The notes beneath the pieces are model-generated. The model saw only the letters and a program-made list of their open reading frames with translations, ran no database searches and had not been told where the DNA came from. Positions 23,983-37,688 of a stretch of 64,000 bases of DNA are shown piece after piece (within the stretch, counting starts at the first letter, position 1; each line of letters starts with the position of its first letter). The stretch is from contig JBEWZL010000162.1 of assembly GCA_045837725.1 (NCBI GenBank), positions 124,001 to 188,000 on the forward strand, written 5' to 3'. Made by a program: the position numbers and the translations under genes. This DNA is from Vermamoeba vermiformis. Lineage: Eukaryota.

Positions 23983-24181
23983 TCAAAATGCACAACTCGT
24001 ATTTCTTTCTGTTGCTGAGTGGAAGGTATCCAAAACAAAAAGTGCTAACCTTCTGAGTTTTTTAGCTACTAAAATCACGTGCGATATATTTCTTTCTGGT
24101 TTATTTACTTAATGTACAAATAAAATTATAAGGTTCTATATTATTACATTGGTGTACTCTAGATTCAAGCGAACCAAACTG

Positions 24182-26235
24182 TTACTTCTTTTTGTTCGGC
24201 AGATCGAGCTCTTTGGCATCAGCTCCACGAGGCTTAATAGCCAAGCTTAATTCATATAACTGCTGTTCGCTATAATCAGAGGCGAAATCTTCCCACAATT
24301 GTTGCAAAGGTTCCACCGGTTCGTACAAGTAAGGCACGAATTGGTGCTTCAGAAATGAGCAAATAGATTGCATATATATCGTTCCTTTTCGCAAGTTGAT
24401 CATTCCATGATCAAACCATGGATTGCCGTCAGATATAAAGGTCAGATCTGTCAACGTCATGCCTAAAAACGGAACAGTTGGTTCGTCATTTGTGTTGTTC
24501 AAGAATTCGCGGAGCCGTTTGAAACCCGCCTCCGGACTAGCAATAGATCTAATTTCTTCTGCTTCTTTAGACAACTTTTTGGCAGCCTAAATAAAAAAGG
24601 TTATACTTCGATCTGGTAAAGTGTCAAAGTGTCAAAAATATACCTTTTGAGCAGAAGGCAATCTCGCTACCACGGCCATGTGTATAGTACTGTCAATTAG
24701 AACCGCGGCAGAAACGCAACGAATTTGGGCTAACTCGTAGCCGAGTTTCAACAAGTAAGAAGTTGCTTCGTACCGCTTCTCTACGGTAGGCTGCGTTACA
24801 ATCCAATGTGCCAACCCATGTGCAATCTAATCGCCGTGTCAGAAATAAAATTTCAGAGAGAAAACTTCTTTTCAGCTGTTTAAGTATACCTTGTTAAACC
24901 GCGTTATCACGTAATTGTCGACCATCCATCTACGGTTACTGAAAAATTCTGCATTAAGTGAACGCAGTACTTTGTGTTCCGTCAGTGCGATTTGTTTTGC
25001 CTTAGAAGCAGAATGTCAGATCAGATCGGATCCGCGTATCTTTAACGAAAGGAATGGCTTACCATTTCCTGGGGAGGAATGTTGATGATATTAATCGGTT
25101 GCTGGAGTAACTTGGGTTTAACATTCACTTTCAAGGCTTTCATTTGCTCGCTGTTGAGTCTCGCGAGGTACTTCCGGTCGTGCTTTTCCCAAACAAACAG
25201 TTTGTTCTGTGCCTTAAAAGTCGATTGATTATATGTACATCATTCAATAGGTCTCGGGTACATACCTTTATATGCTTTGCGTGTTCGATTTGGGTCTTCT
25301 CCTCGCTCGTAGCGGTCTCCAAAAACTGCTCCAAGAGCGGATCCAGCACGTCACTGTGAAAGCTCCAATAAAAGTTTGCAATCCATTGGCACATAATCGC
25401 TACTGCCCTAATTATAGGAAATTAGTTCGTTAGTAAAAGGTAGATGTAGTTGACAGAAATTAGGAAGATCTTACTTCGGTCTTTCGGGTGTTTTTGCTCG
25501 AGCTTCAAGAACGTCCCAAACTTGTTTAGCGGTGATAAATTTCGAATCGTCGAGAATAAGAGAATAGAAAAATATTTGCAAGAAAAGCGGGTCAGCGTGC
25601 GTCAAATTGTGATAAGTCGGCAGCACGAAACACTTAGTATTTGTCTTAGACTTGAAATTCGTTAGCCAAGGAGACCTCCAAACAGGTTTTTCGGAGAATA
25701 AGAGGTTATATAATGCCTCGGGCTTAATGAGCGATGGAATTCCAATAAGATCCGGATTCCACTCGACATCATCGTTGTCTTCAAAATATTTATCCATATT
25801 GAACAACTTGATTAAAAATTAGCAAATTATTCATTAGTATGGCGTACGAATTACTCACGGTTCGAGCAAATGCTGCATCCTTAACGGCTCTCTGTAGATC
25901 AGCACCAGAAGCGTCATTGATAATATTACGATATTCTGATCCGAGAAATGCACCTATTTTTGCCTAATTATTTAGTTTGAAGGAGAAGATTTTGCGTGGA
26001 TCAAATGTTTACCGTAAGTGCTTGTAATGACTCCTCTCCATACCATCGGCTCATTTATTATTGCGTTCCATTTTTTGCAAACGCTTTTGACGCCATGTAA
26101 CTCAGTTATTGATAGATGTGACAAAACCGCCACTGTCAACTCGTCGTAGTCAAACAACGCACCTAGTGGCGCATTATTGTCCTCTGTATGCTTTGATTTT
26201 GATTCTTTTTTCTTATCTTTCTTGTTCTTCTCCAT
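24182..26235 (-). CDS. F-box + RasGEF (REM and CDC25) protein (multi-exon)
   Basis: F-box LFDYDELTVAVLSHLSITELHGVKSVCKKWNAII; CDC25 motif PTVPFLGMTLTDLTFISDGNP; C-terminal QLYELSLAIKPR. Confidence 0.85.
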
Positions 26236-26359
26236 TTGTTGGTTTTCAATTCGACTCTGCACAAAAAATTTGACCTGTCAAGTTGGCGTCTAAATCTATT
26301 AGACAATTATTTCTATTCCCATTGCACGTAGACATACATATATAGTACAAATACTTCAA
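26236..26359. promoter_or_regulatory. Compact bidirectional promoter between two divergent F-box genes
   Basis: Only about 124 bp separate the ATGs at 26235 (-) and 26360 (+). Confidence 0.55.
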
Positions 26360-28167
26360 ATGGAGCACAATACCGAAGAGATAGACATTTTGACAAACCT
26401 GCCGCTTGAGATCTCGGTTCAGATCATTGGTTATTTATCACAACGTGACATGGGCATTAGCTGCATGGTATCAAAAGCTTGGAGAGAATTTTTTGATTCG
26501 AAAAGCGGCATTTGGACGCTTCTTTATAAATTATTTTTTAATGCACAGCTTCATGAACCAGATACTAACGATGGTAATTATTTAAATATTATTTGCTTAA
26601 TTATGTACACGTGTTATAATCCTATTTACCAATTTTAACAATTTTATTTGAAATTTTGAATTTTCCTTCATTAATGGATGCTTCGTAGGTTCCTACAAGA
26701 CGAGCTTCGTTGCTAGATATTTACTAGAGAATAATTGGAAGAATGGCAATTATAAAATATCACGATTAGACTTTCCAAACGCATCCACCTTCTTTTCTGT
26801 TCGGATTGCCCCAGACAACAAAGTAAATCTCTGTCCTATTATTGTTCAATCTCTTGCTAACCAGCCATATTGCAGACAGTAATAACTGGCTCAGAGACGT
26901 ACGTACAGTTATTCCACATCGGTACCAAGAACAAGAAGGCGTACATCAAAGAGAAGGTTAGATCTGACTTACCTTTTATAGCAATTCTAATTCTCAACTA
27001 GGGAAATATCGGCAAACATGCATGGATGGTATGGAACGTACAGTTCACTTCTGACTCGCAACGCGTCGTGTCTTGCGGATACGACAAGACGTAAGTCCAA
27101 AACCTCTCGGTGATAGTCCTAACTCTGCTTTATGTAGTGTGAGGATGTGGAACATTAATCCAGTTGAAAAAATGAATCGGAAACAATTGCCGAACTTCAA
27201 CGATGAATTTCCCGACGAATTTAGGCCGATCAGAATTCTGAGAGATGCTCATGAAAACAACGTTTGGTGAGACTTGCTAGTATATACAACGCGACATAAT
27301 TATCACCATATATAGTAGATATCGAGTACTTACTAATGTGTAAATATAGGGACTTCAAGTTATCTTCAGACGACAAAATGTTGTTCACATGTGGCGGGGA
27401 CGGATTGTGCAAGCAATGGGACTTCGAGACTGGGCAACAAATTCTCACGTACAATCATTGCAACAACCAAAAACAATCTTTGTACAATATTAGAGCGTTG
27501 TGGGACAAAAAGTTGTTGATCACTGGCTCGCAGGATTGTACCGTCAAATTGTGGGACTTTCGATCGGATCAGCCGGTCCATGTGCTTAAAATTGAACACC
27601 CAGTGTATAGTTTGGAGTCTAGCCCACTCTGGGAACATTTATTTATTACTGGAAATCAAAACGGTACGTTAGATCAGATCGAACAAAATTTACTTCGGAT
27701 CTAATACCGGCCCTAATGATATTTATCAGGTGGAATTGAATTTTGGGATATGCGCAAAGCCTTCGATTCGAGCGACTACTCTAGTATTCACAAGATGGCG
27801 TCGGTCCAGTTGCCAGCCGGATCTGAAGAATATTGCATGCGGGTGGACTCGACGAAGTTCTTTTGCTCCGCTCATAGACAATACATATTGCTATGCGACA
27901 TGTTCAAAATATTACAAGGTAATTATCAACCGGTTACGAAAGCATCTTTCGGTTAAATTTGGAGATGGATCTGACTTGCTATTTTTAGATCGCCAAGATT
28001 TTGCCAGTGCACAGCAATTAGCCGATAAATCAGTCGTAAATAATATTTATACATTCGATGTTAGTTCTGACAAGTTAGTCGCTGGTTGTAAAGGCGAATT
28101 AACCTTACTAGACTTCAGTTTGGAGGCCAACCAAGCCAACAAACGAGGATTCTGTCAAACTCAATAA
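26360..28167 (+). CDS. F-box/WD40-repeat protein (multi-exon)
   Basis: F-box LTNLPLEISVQIIGYLSQRDMGISCMVSKAWR. WD repeats SCGYDKTVRMWN, TCGGDGLCKQWD, TGSQDCTVKLWD. Confidence 0.9.
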
Positions 28168-28391
28168 TAAAATTGATTAAATTGATAAAATTTCCTAATA
28201 TGGGATTGGCGAGGAATCAACTTCGTTTGAGCAGGTCTAAGTCCTGGATGTGACAAACATTTTTTTATTTACATTCAGGTGCAATGCATTCTTAGCGACG
28301 CATATACCTTGCACGTGCATATGTTGGTAATATTGTTATTAATATACATTCACTTGTATGATTGTATTTTGTTGCGCCAGGACAGGAAGGC

Positions 28392-29599
28392 TTACGGCAT
28401 GGCGATAATATCGTACGAGGCCTGAGATAATAAATTCTTCATAAATGTCTCGACGATTGATCGTTGACTTAATTGACTGGCTTGGAGCTCAAATAAGACG
28501 ACGTGCTCGATGACATCCAGATGCAGTTGTTGGCCTTGATCCGCAGCTAAGCAGCATAAAGCAGTGTGGAGAGGAGATAATGAAGGATTATATGCGGCAT
28601 TCTCAATATACGTTCCAGAATACTGAAAAGAATTTTGGTGAGTAAGCGGATTTGACGAAATTTGTTCGGCGTCAAAATTAGTACTTACGATCTTTCCGTC
28701 TTTAGTTCTGATAGCAACGCCGCTAGGACTATTGCTATAGAGAGTATAAGAGATCTTTGCGGCCTTAATTGAAGTCCAATTAGTCACTCAAACAGAATCC
28801 GAAAAATTTCAAACCTACCTCGACTGCAGCAAGAATCAATTCCTTTTGAGAATCGGATTTTCCCTATAATAATTAAGACTATTTAGTGAATTGCATTAAG
28901 CAACGAATAAAGCGCTGAAATTACCTCAAGAACGCTCGGATTCAATTTTATGTCGTGGTGAACGTGATCTAGCAAGTAATTTCTGAAAAAGCCCAGATCC
29001 TTCGGTCCAAAAGACATTGGCAACAAGCTCGCCAAGTTTGTCAATACCATCCTAGTTAAGAATAAGATTGCTGTTAATAAAATTGGATTTGATGGAAAAT
29101 TCAACATTAATTTCGAAATTAAAAAATAAAGAGCAATTATTTTTAATAAATACCTGTCGTTGATTTTAAGGAAGTACTGGACTTGGTCGATGTGATTGAG
29201 TTCCGTAAAAAATTGTCTGCAATGTCCGCAGGGCACAGCGTTGATGGCGACTTTTTTCAACCGCTCTTCACGGCGCATCACTAATTGTGATATCAAAAAT
29301 TGTTCGCCGTGTACTGAATTATTTAGAGGCAATGGAGGGAATTCTAGATTTGTTCCAAGGTAAATATTTCCTTTAGATGTCAATCCAGCTGCACCAACAA
29401 AGAAGTGAGAGACTGCGGCTCGTGCATATGCCGGCGCAATTTTAGTCGCCAAGAAATATAATAATTCATCGTCAGTCACGTTGAATTGACCCTTGAGTCT
29501 TTCAACTTGATCGTGAGGAATAAGAAACGGATTGGCTGGCAAAGCAGCACGTAATTTTTCCTCGTCGATATGACTGCTCGAGTCTACTTGTTGAGCCAT
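28392..29599 (-). CDS. cdd: Cytidine deaminase, two-domain homodimeric type (multi-exon)
   Basis: GTNLEFP...SVHGEQF and PCGHCRQF zinc motifs, LLPMSFGPKDL, and second domain YIENAAYNPSLSPL, as in E. coli Cdd and plant CDA1. Confidence 0.9.
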
Positions 29600-30013
29600 T
29601 GGTTTGTGGTATTGAACACAAAATGCAAAATGATTTTCACCTTGCCTATTTTTGTGTCTGTTGATGAAACAATCTTTGGAAATCTCCCATTCAACCGGAA
29701 ACAAGCTAAAATGACTCCGCGAACATGGAATTATTATTATTCAATTAATAACATGATGGAGAAGTAATTTTTCGCTTTTGATCCGTTGTTGTAGGTTCTT
29801 TCGTTTATTTATTTTTGTACAGTCAAGGCTTATCGTGCGCGTTATTTAATTGATAGTGCCATCATTTAAATTGCATGCTAATGGGTTCTCGTCTATCTTT
29901 GGAAAAACTCCGCAAGAGCATTTTCAGATTCGAGCTAGAGATTGAACACAAACAAAATTTTTTATCAAGTAATAGAAATATTAGTACCTCCCCGAGGTGT
30001 TATCTAAATAGAA

Positions 30014-32395
30014 ATGGAAATCGATCCTACCTGGTGCCCAGATCTGGCGAACCTCGTTGAAGAGCTCGTTGTCCACATCTTCGAGTTTCTGGAGCCCAAA
30101 GAAATATTTATATCATCAATGACATGCAAAAGGTTCAGAGAAATCGCTAAGACGCCTAAACTTGCTCTTGTAAGTAAAAACGAACGAAGCAACATCCGAT
30201 CATAAATCGAAAATTATTTAAAATGCTAACCAATCATAGGCCGACAATTTAATGGATATGGCAATGGAAGAATTGAATAAAGAAAATTATCCAGCAGCGA
30301 TGGTATAATATTGAACTTTTATTTCGTGTTAACCCTCGATCTAATTTCATTTTAATTCAAGAAAACCCTGAATGCTATTATAAATATACAACCTAGTTAT
30401 TGGCGTGCTTATCGCAAGCGAAATGATTGCTGGTCCAATCAGGGAGAAATTTTGAATGCATTGGAAGATCTTCAGACCGCTGAACGAGTAAGAAAAAATT
30501 TCTCATTAATAGTCTTATTATGTCCTTATTAATTATGCTTAATACTATTAGATTTGCGAAGAACAGCCCTACAAGCATTTGATTAGATCCGATATTTGTT
30601 GCATTACTGAACAGTACAAAGACGCCCTTGCAGAAATTAATACGGCAATTGCATTGCTACCCAGCGAACTAATTTTTTATCATCAACGCGGTACGTATTA
30701 TTCGAAGCAGTATTATTGCAAGCGAAACAATTTTCTGGCAGTTTGCAAATTGGATCTGATCCACATTTCATTCTATTCGCCTATAATTACACGTTACTTA
30801 AATATACTATTACTATTAATACTTTTTTATCCTACAAGACGTTTATTTCTTTTCATGAAACAGCCGTTCGAAAATTTGGCTCGTGTTATTGATTTCCTTA
30901 TTAGGCTATATCCAGGGATCGCTCGCAGCAGAAGATCGCGCCAATTTTGACCGAGAAATGGAAGACTACAACTTCATATTGAAACACCCGTACAAACGAG
31001 TCAGCATGATTTACAATAACATGGGCTACGTCTACGAAGAATTAGAGTACGTAAAAATATATATACTACTATAGTACTAAGTACTTATAATATGATCATA
31101 CTTTCGTAAAAAACTTGAACGTAAAATTTTTTGGGATCTGCCCAAATAATTAATGGAATATTCTATTCGTTTATTAGTGCAATATCTTCTTTTTCTTGCT
31201 AATTCATTTCGTAGAATTTATTACTGATTTTTTATCATAATTTAGAGACGTAGAAAAGGCGGTGCAATACTATGGCAAATCAATTCAGTTGTGTCCTCAT
31301 TTCATCAAAGCGTATCACAACAGATCCATCGTGTTCTATTATAGTGATGACTATGAAGCTGCTGATAAAGATTGCGAGACTATATTCTCGATCAATCCTG
31401 ATTTTGCTCCTGCTTACGCTTGGCGAGGAAGGTACGACACTGGATCTCAACCTCAAAATCATACTAATCGACCATTTGTTTACTATTCTCTTATAATATG
31501 ACATAATATTATGATGCGCGCTTTTGGTTGGCATAATAATACTTTGTAACATAATCGCAAATTTTTTTGGATGTGGATCCGATCTGACTATTAACTTGTG
31601 TTCTTTCCTTATTATAGTAGTCGCCTCGGCATTGATTACGCGGATTCATCGAAGTACTACCATACTGCATTCCACTTGTCACTGATGCAAGACAATTTCA
31701 TTGCCAACACGTTCATGGTCACTTTGATCAAATTAGGAAAAATTCCGATGCTTTACGAAGAATCGGAATTGGCGCTAACAGACTACATCGCGAGCTATAA
31801 TAGGTATTTGGCGTTAGAAAACGAAGAAAAACCGAAAGTAATGGATCCTGAGAACAATCCTTCAGCGAGATACAGATTGATCCAAAAGAAATTGAAACAA
31901 TTGCGAAAATTAATTACAGTCGCCGTGACTAAGCGAGCGGAAGTATATTGCCTGACAGGCGAGTTCAACAAAGCAAAATTAGAGTTGCAAAATTGCGTGG
32001 TGCAGGATCAAGATCCGCAAGTATTTTTGCAACTCGTATTAACGGAGATTAAGCACGAGAATATTGGCAAAGAAGCGATCAGATTCGTTCATGGATTTTT
32101 AACGCACCCTATTAAGACGGAAGATGAATATGATCAAATAGCAACGGACTTTTTGGAACTGAGCAACGAAGTGTACTTGGATCTGCGACTCAATGACGAT
32201 GAAATGAGGTATATCATAGCCTCGTGGATGTATAAATTCTCAGAAATTGGAAGATTTAATGGCTTGGACGACTGTTTCACTGAACCAGACAAAGAGGATC
32301 TGAACAACTTTTTTGAACGATGTAAGAATTTTATGGAGAATCAAACACCATACGAGCTATTAGACGCGTACTTAAATAAACCTTGGGACGATTAA
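30014..32395 (+). CDS. F-box + TPR-repeat protein (multi-exon)
   Basis: F-box LVEELVVHIFEFLEPKEIFISSMTCKRFR. TPR motifs IYNNMGYVY, AVQYYGKSIQLCPHFIKAYHNRS, INPDFAPAYAWRG. Confidence 0.85.
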
Positions 32396-32506
32396 TCTCG
32401 TTTCAATCTCACACAATCTCCCGGATCTGACGTTTCAAATATTTTGCTTCGGTTGGAAAACTAAGATCCAGTAAAAAAAGGTCAGATCATGAACTAAATG
32501 GTTTAT

Positions 32507-33433
32507 TTAAATTTTATAAGCATAAAATGAACGAGGAGTAGCCTCGTCTTCAGATTCATGACAATGTTCTAAAATTACACCAAATTCATCGTCTTTCTCG
32601 ACGGAGACTAAAGCTGATAGATTTACAAAATGGCTTTGAATAATATTACTACACAATGCTGCAGCTGCTGGTTGGAAATACTGCCGTTGTTGCCTTCGTT
32701 CGAGCACTATTGAAGCCTTTGCCTCGGATGCTTCGTTGGTTAATGTGATCATTATGTTGCAACCAATGATATACTGTCCGCTCTCTTTAAATACTATTCT
32801 GCCATTATTCACTGCAATATTTCCGCGACAGACGTCTTTATTCGTGAAACGCAATGTTTTGGGACTCAAAATAGCCAGGCCTTTGTTGAGCGGTGGATGT
32901 GTCAAGCGAATCAACGGCTTTGCGGCATCAGCAGCAAGTATTCTATATTCTATAGTCATATAATTAGTTTAGAGTACTATTACTATTGAAATTCGATATA
33001 CTGGATGCACGTGCTTACCTGCTTGTTCTAAGCGCCAATTTAAATACGTGATTATATTATTTGGACGGATAATATTGGTTTGATCATTATCAACTTGTTC
33101 TTCTTCGCAAATAATATTAGCTATAGGCCCAAATTTAATTTTTTTAGAATTAATTGCGGCCACATCTGATATTCTAATGTCCTTTTCTCCAACGGCTGTA
33201 TAAGTATCCAAGTCGCAATGATTGGTGGCACCTCTGTATTTAACTCCGGATTGTGTATTGATTATTTCCAACACTAAAAGTTCGTCTGCTTGGGTGTAAC
33301 TTGCATGGCACCAATAGAGTTTATTCTCCAATTCAAAAATCTTCTTGTAAGATATTCTTGAGGGTGGAGCAGGTTCTACCATTTGTGTTGATCCTGATGA
33401 AACGGTAGGTGACTGATTGATTTTACGCTTCAT
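32507..33433 (-). CDS. Hypothetical protein with possible C-terminal C1q/TNF/BclA-like beta domain (2 exons)
   Basis: Intron 33018-32950 joins two ORFs in frame. C-terminal pattern GRIVFKESGQYIIGCNI...LSALVSVEKDDEFGV resembles C1q/BclA jelly-rolls. Confidence 0.6.
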
Positions 33434-33622
33434 CTGTCAATGTCAACCGGTGTCAGAATTAATTCCTCTCCGGAGTACAAATATAGCTAATATAAGGTCT
33501 TTATAGGTCTATTGAGGTCTACGCGACGGTTAAAATGAACAAATGTGTGTACAATTATTTATTTCTATTGAATGGGATCTACTCCAATTCAATCTCCGCG
33601 AGGGTGATTCCTATTTGGCAGT

Positions 33623-34533
33623 TCAAGCAAGAGGTCCTTTAGTAGCTTGACCGAAAGCAACTAACAATGCCTGTTCGAGCATTGTCGCGCGAGAGATCTT
33701 GTTGTTCGTCAAAAAGAGATGTGGATCCGTGCCGTTGCAATTATAAGCCTTCGCCAGGAATGAGCCAACAGTATTCTTATCAAATCCTGCCTTTTTAGCT
33801 TGCTCTACGAATTCTTTTGGAAAAGGAACGCCTGCTGACGAAGCTGAGTACTGTTTGCCGCCTTTTTCCTCTGCGATCCAAATATTAGCTTTTGAATTGG
33901 ATAATAACTAATCAACAATAGATAATTCTATTTGAAAGTTGCAATGTTGCAGTACTTTCAATGCGCACGAATTGTTTCGAGCTCGGATTTCAACATGTTG
34001 TTTTCAGTGAACGTGAATTGACGACGACACACGATGTATTTACGTACCGAGTAACACCCAGCCCACATCGAGCCATACCTCTTCATTATCTTCAGTAGTG
34101 ATGGGGATAATGCCGTTCTCTATCGTTACAAACCAATCAAAATCACCTTTGAACTCTTTTTTGGCGTTCTTCAATCGATTTTGTGCTCCCTTAATGGTCT
34201 CCGCGTATCCTGTAAGTACAATTAGATATTTAAAAAATATTCAGAATTTTTGGTGCCGAGATTAATATTAAATTAATATATTAATTTCAATTAATATTAA
34301 TATTTGAATCTCAATATTAATATCTCTGCCAGATCGACTTGATTAGACTTAAATGATCGTAAACCAACACCAAATAATTTAATTAAATTACCAATGGGCT
34401 GTTCGTTGATATTCGAAGGCGCAGCTATGAAATGGAATTCCTTCTTGAGCTTCGTCGGCATATGCTCGTTGAAGAACTTCTGCACGACCTCTTTTTTCAA
34501 TTTGCTTTGCGATGCTAAGACAATAGTGGTCAT
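33623..34533 (-). CDS. Inosine/xanthosine triphosphatase (YjjX / NTPase_I-T family; 3 exons)
   Basis: IVLASQSKLKKEVV...SNINEQPIGYAETIKGAQNR...TIENGI...LTNNKISRATMLEQAL matches the YjjX/DUF84 pattern. Confidence 0.85.
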
Positions 34534-34930
34534 ATTGTTTTGAATATAATTAACTTTAACTAAAAAATCAACGCTGCTCTTGTTTTAGTCTTACCACTAA
34601 AAATACCTTTCGTTACATTTCAGTATAGAATCGTATGGAAGCTTATAATGCATAGTTGAGGTACTAATGCTTTGTTTTTAGCGATAGACTTCGGTTAACT
34701 AACGCATGTGCGGGCAACTTTACCATAAAAGGAAAGGCACGATATCAAGCCGAGATTCTGGTTCGGGAATGTGACAGAATACATGGCCGATTATTTGTGC
34801 GCCTTGATTTTTGACATTTCTATCCTTTCAGCAGCCACAACTCGTTGTCTAGTCGATCGGCAAATCCGTACTGAACTTCGAGGCCATTCGACGCATTACA
34901 GAACAACTCAATTTATCCGAACTATATTCA

Positions 34931-37475
34931 ATGAAGCATACACTAGATGCGTTCATCCTACTCGGCCTATTTAGCGCAATCAGCGCTGATTTAACATTCC
35001 AGAGCCCTTCGTTCAGGTAAGCGTAACAGAGTTTAGCGTGTAACCTATAAATTGGTTCGTTGCATGAACTTACATCCATTTCAAATAGTCCTTAATGTAA
35101 TATATAACTAACGATAACTAATTGCAGTAACGGAACAGCGTTGCCTTCATTTTCGACGCCACCCATCTTGTTCGCCGTCACTGAATTCAATATAACGGCA
35201 CCAGTCCTATACTTAGTAAGTCCCACGATAAATAACAGTAAAGTAGCGGGTCTATTCTTATTTTGCCGAGTAGATTCAATTACAAAGCAATTATTAACCA
35301 TACGAAACAATTTTTAAGGATTCTTATGGTTGCACTCCGCTCGGAGTTGATGCTACGGGCATGATAGTAGCTGTTAAGAACTTTGGAGGCTGCTTTACCG
35401 GTAGAAAGTTGCAATCAGCGCAGGAAGGTAAAGACATGACCGAAGTCCTGTCCCATCTGACATCAGAACACATTTTTTTCCGTAAATTACGACCATTATT
35501 TTACTTTATACATGACGCAGACTCATATTATCGATTTTCTATGAAAATCTTTATGGGACATGCTGCGTTGCTGGAACAAATTCCGTCTCGTTTGTGAATC
35601 AATGCTCTTAATATAGTTTCCTAACAATTCGACTTTACTATAGCTGGTGCCGTCGGATTACTCATAGAAGTACAACCTAGTACACGAGAGGGCGACGTTC
35701 CTGGTGTTTTTGCGAGATACCCGCCAGATGCGGAAGGTCCTTTCGAAATTCCAGCCGTCCAAGTAAGTATTTAAGCTTTGTTTCTTATTATAAGCACGTC
35801 ATAGAATATTTTCATCTGGTCCACAATGGTGTCTAATTTTGCGTTGGAGATCTCTTACAGATTTGGCTTTTTGGTGCGCGATCTGCTCTCACAAAATGAA
35901 TCAATCGTTGTAACGATTACTCCTAGTAAGTTTGATTCTCATACTACCCTTTATATTGATCTAATCGAATAACAGGTGAAAACCCTTGGATCAAGACATT
36001 TGATTCCCCTGGATTCATTTTCTTTCAAGTTTTGTTCGCCGCTATGTTCTTAGGCATTCTAGCCATATCATTGTGGAAGTATGTTGTAGTTGTTAAGACC
36101 CAAGGATGGCAGCCAAGCATCTTACACGTGTTCGTTTGGGTCGAGATCGTAAACTCAGTTTGTATGGGAATCAATCCTTTGCTATATTTATAAGCGGTTA
36201 CTAATATTGACACTTGCTTATTTAGTACGGTTCTTATACTTCTTGGACCCAATGATGAGTCGAGGATTTTTCTCGTTCGTGCCAGCATTCCTTTTCGGAA
36301 CTTTGCACATTCCTTTCTCATGTAAGTCTTGCAATTATATTATTACGTAGAGTCTTTTGGTACTATATAGATAAGTAATACTTATTTAATGCCAATTGTG
36401 CATTTAATTTTGCAAAACTATTACTTAACGCGAAGTCAACGTACCAGATCGCATGACAGCAACGCTATTTTTGCTAATACTAATGACTTATATATAGACA
36501 TAGCATCAGTATTGATTGCACTGTATTGGATGGAGACTGTAAGCGACTATGTGTCCGTCAAGCCCAAGTCCAAGTGGTTGACCAAGATGGCTATTCCATT
36601 CTACTTATTTATGGCTCTCGTGCTTATTTCCTACGGCGCATATATTGCAGCTGAATATTATGGCCTGCCCTCAACTATAATTCAAGGCATTATTTTGGTC
36701 AACTTTATCTTCATTGCTTTCGCATCGATCTTCATTTTAGTCGTCGGTACGTATCTCCATATGATCTTGATTCACATTTAAGTAATCCTTCTCAAATTTA
36801 AGTTTATGGAGTAAATCCAGCAGATGTAGCCTTCCGTAAATTAATTAACGGTTGACATTTATAGGTGCTAAAGTACTTCACTTTGCCCGTAAGATGTCCG
36901 AAAGGGTTGGAACAAAGCAGTCAAGAAACAGAGCGGTTAAAATGGTAATTGTAACGCTAACACACATCCGAATTTAATTCCGGACCTTAGACTCACCAAC
37001 TTTATCTCTCCATAGATGACAGTCAAGCTCATTCTCTCGGGAGTTGGTATGCTAGTCATGCTCATATTATCGCCATTATTAGGCGCTTCTTCGGCAGCGT
37101 AAGTCTCTTGCTACTTTCGGATTCAATCGGCAGCCGTTCATGAAACAGGATATTTTCGATTTAGATAATTAATTGCCTATATTTAGCACTGCTTTTGGTC
37201 CTATTAACGCGTGGCTCGCTTTGATTATTCAACAATTTGTATGCCTGGCCTTAGTTTCCTTAGCTCAGCTGTTAACCATTCAAGGGAAAAGAAAATATGA
37301 CTCGAATGAGTCTAAAACAGGTACGATCTTCTATATTATAAAGAAGCTATCGAAATACAGTTGAAAGTCTTTGCCGAGGATCTGATCGACTAAATTAATT
37401 TTTGTAGGTTCGAAATCGAAACCAACTTCTTCAGCTCCTAGAACATCAAGTTTACCCGAAGAAGTTGTTGAATAA
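34931..37475 (+). CDS. Signal peptide + PA (protease-associated) domain + about 7 TM helices, receptor-like protein (about 11 exons)
   Basis: Spliced: MKHTLDAFILLGLFSAISA; PA motif GC...GMIVAVKNFGGCFTGRKLQSAQEAGAVGLLI...IPAVQI; then ENPW and a series of hydrophobic helices with a short Ser-rich tail. Confidence 0.75.
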
Positions 37476-37688
37476 TCTTTTTTTTATTAAGGTATATCGA
37501 AATTTGTAAAATAGTACCAAGTATGGATCCACCAATAAACATGTTACGTGTGTCGGGAAATCAGAATTTTATCTGCGGTGATTCAAGAAACAAACCTGAT
37601 AACAAAGGCCAGACATGATTTATTAATTTAGTGATATTATACGAGGGAGTGTTTGAGTTTGGATGCAGCCGTTGTAAATTAATCAAAA

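Noticed and set aside
34931-37475. Signal peptide peptidase-like (SPPL2) assignment for the PA-TM gene
   Set aside because: No YD, GxGD or PAL motifs seen in the reconstructed TM region.
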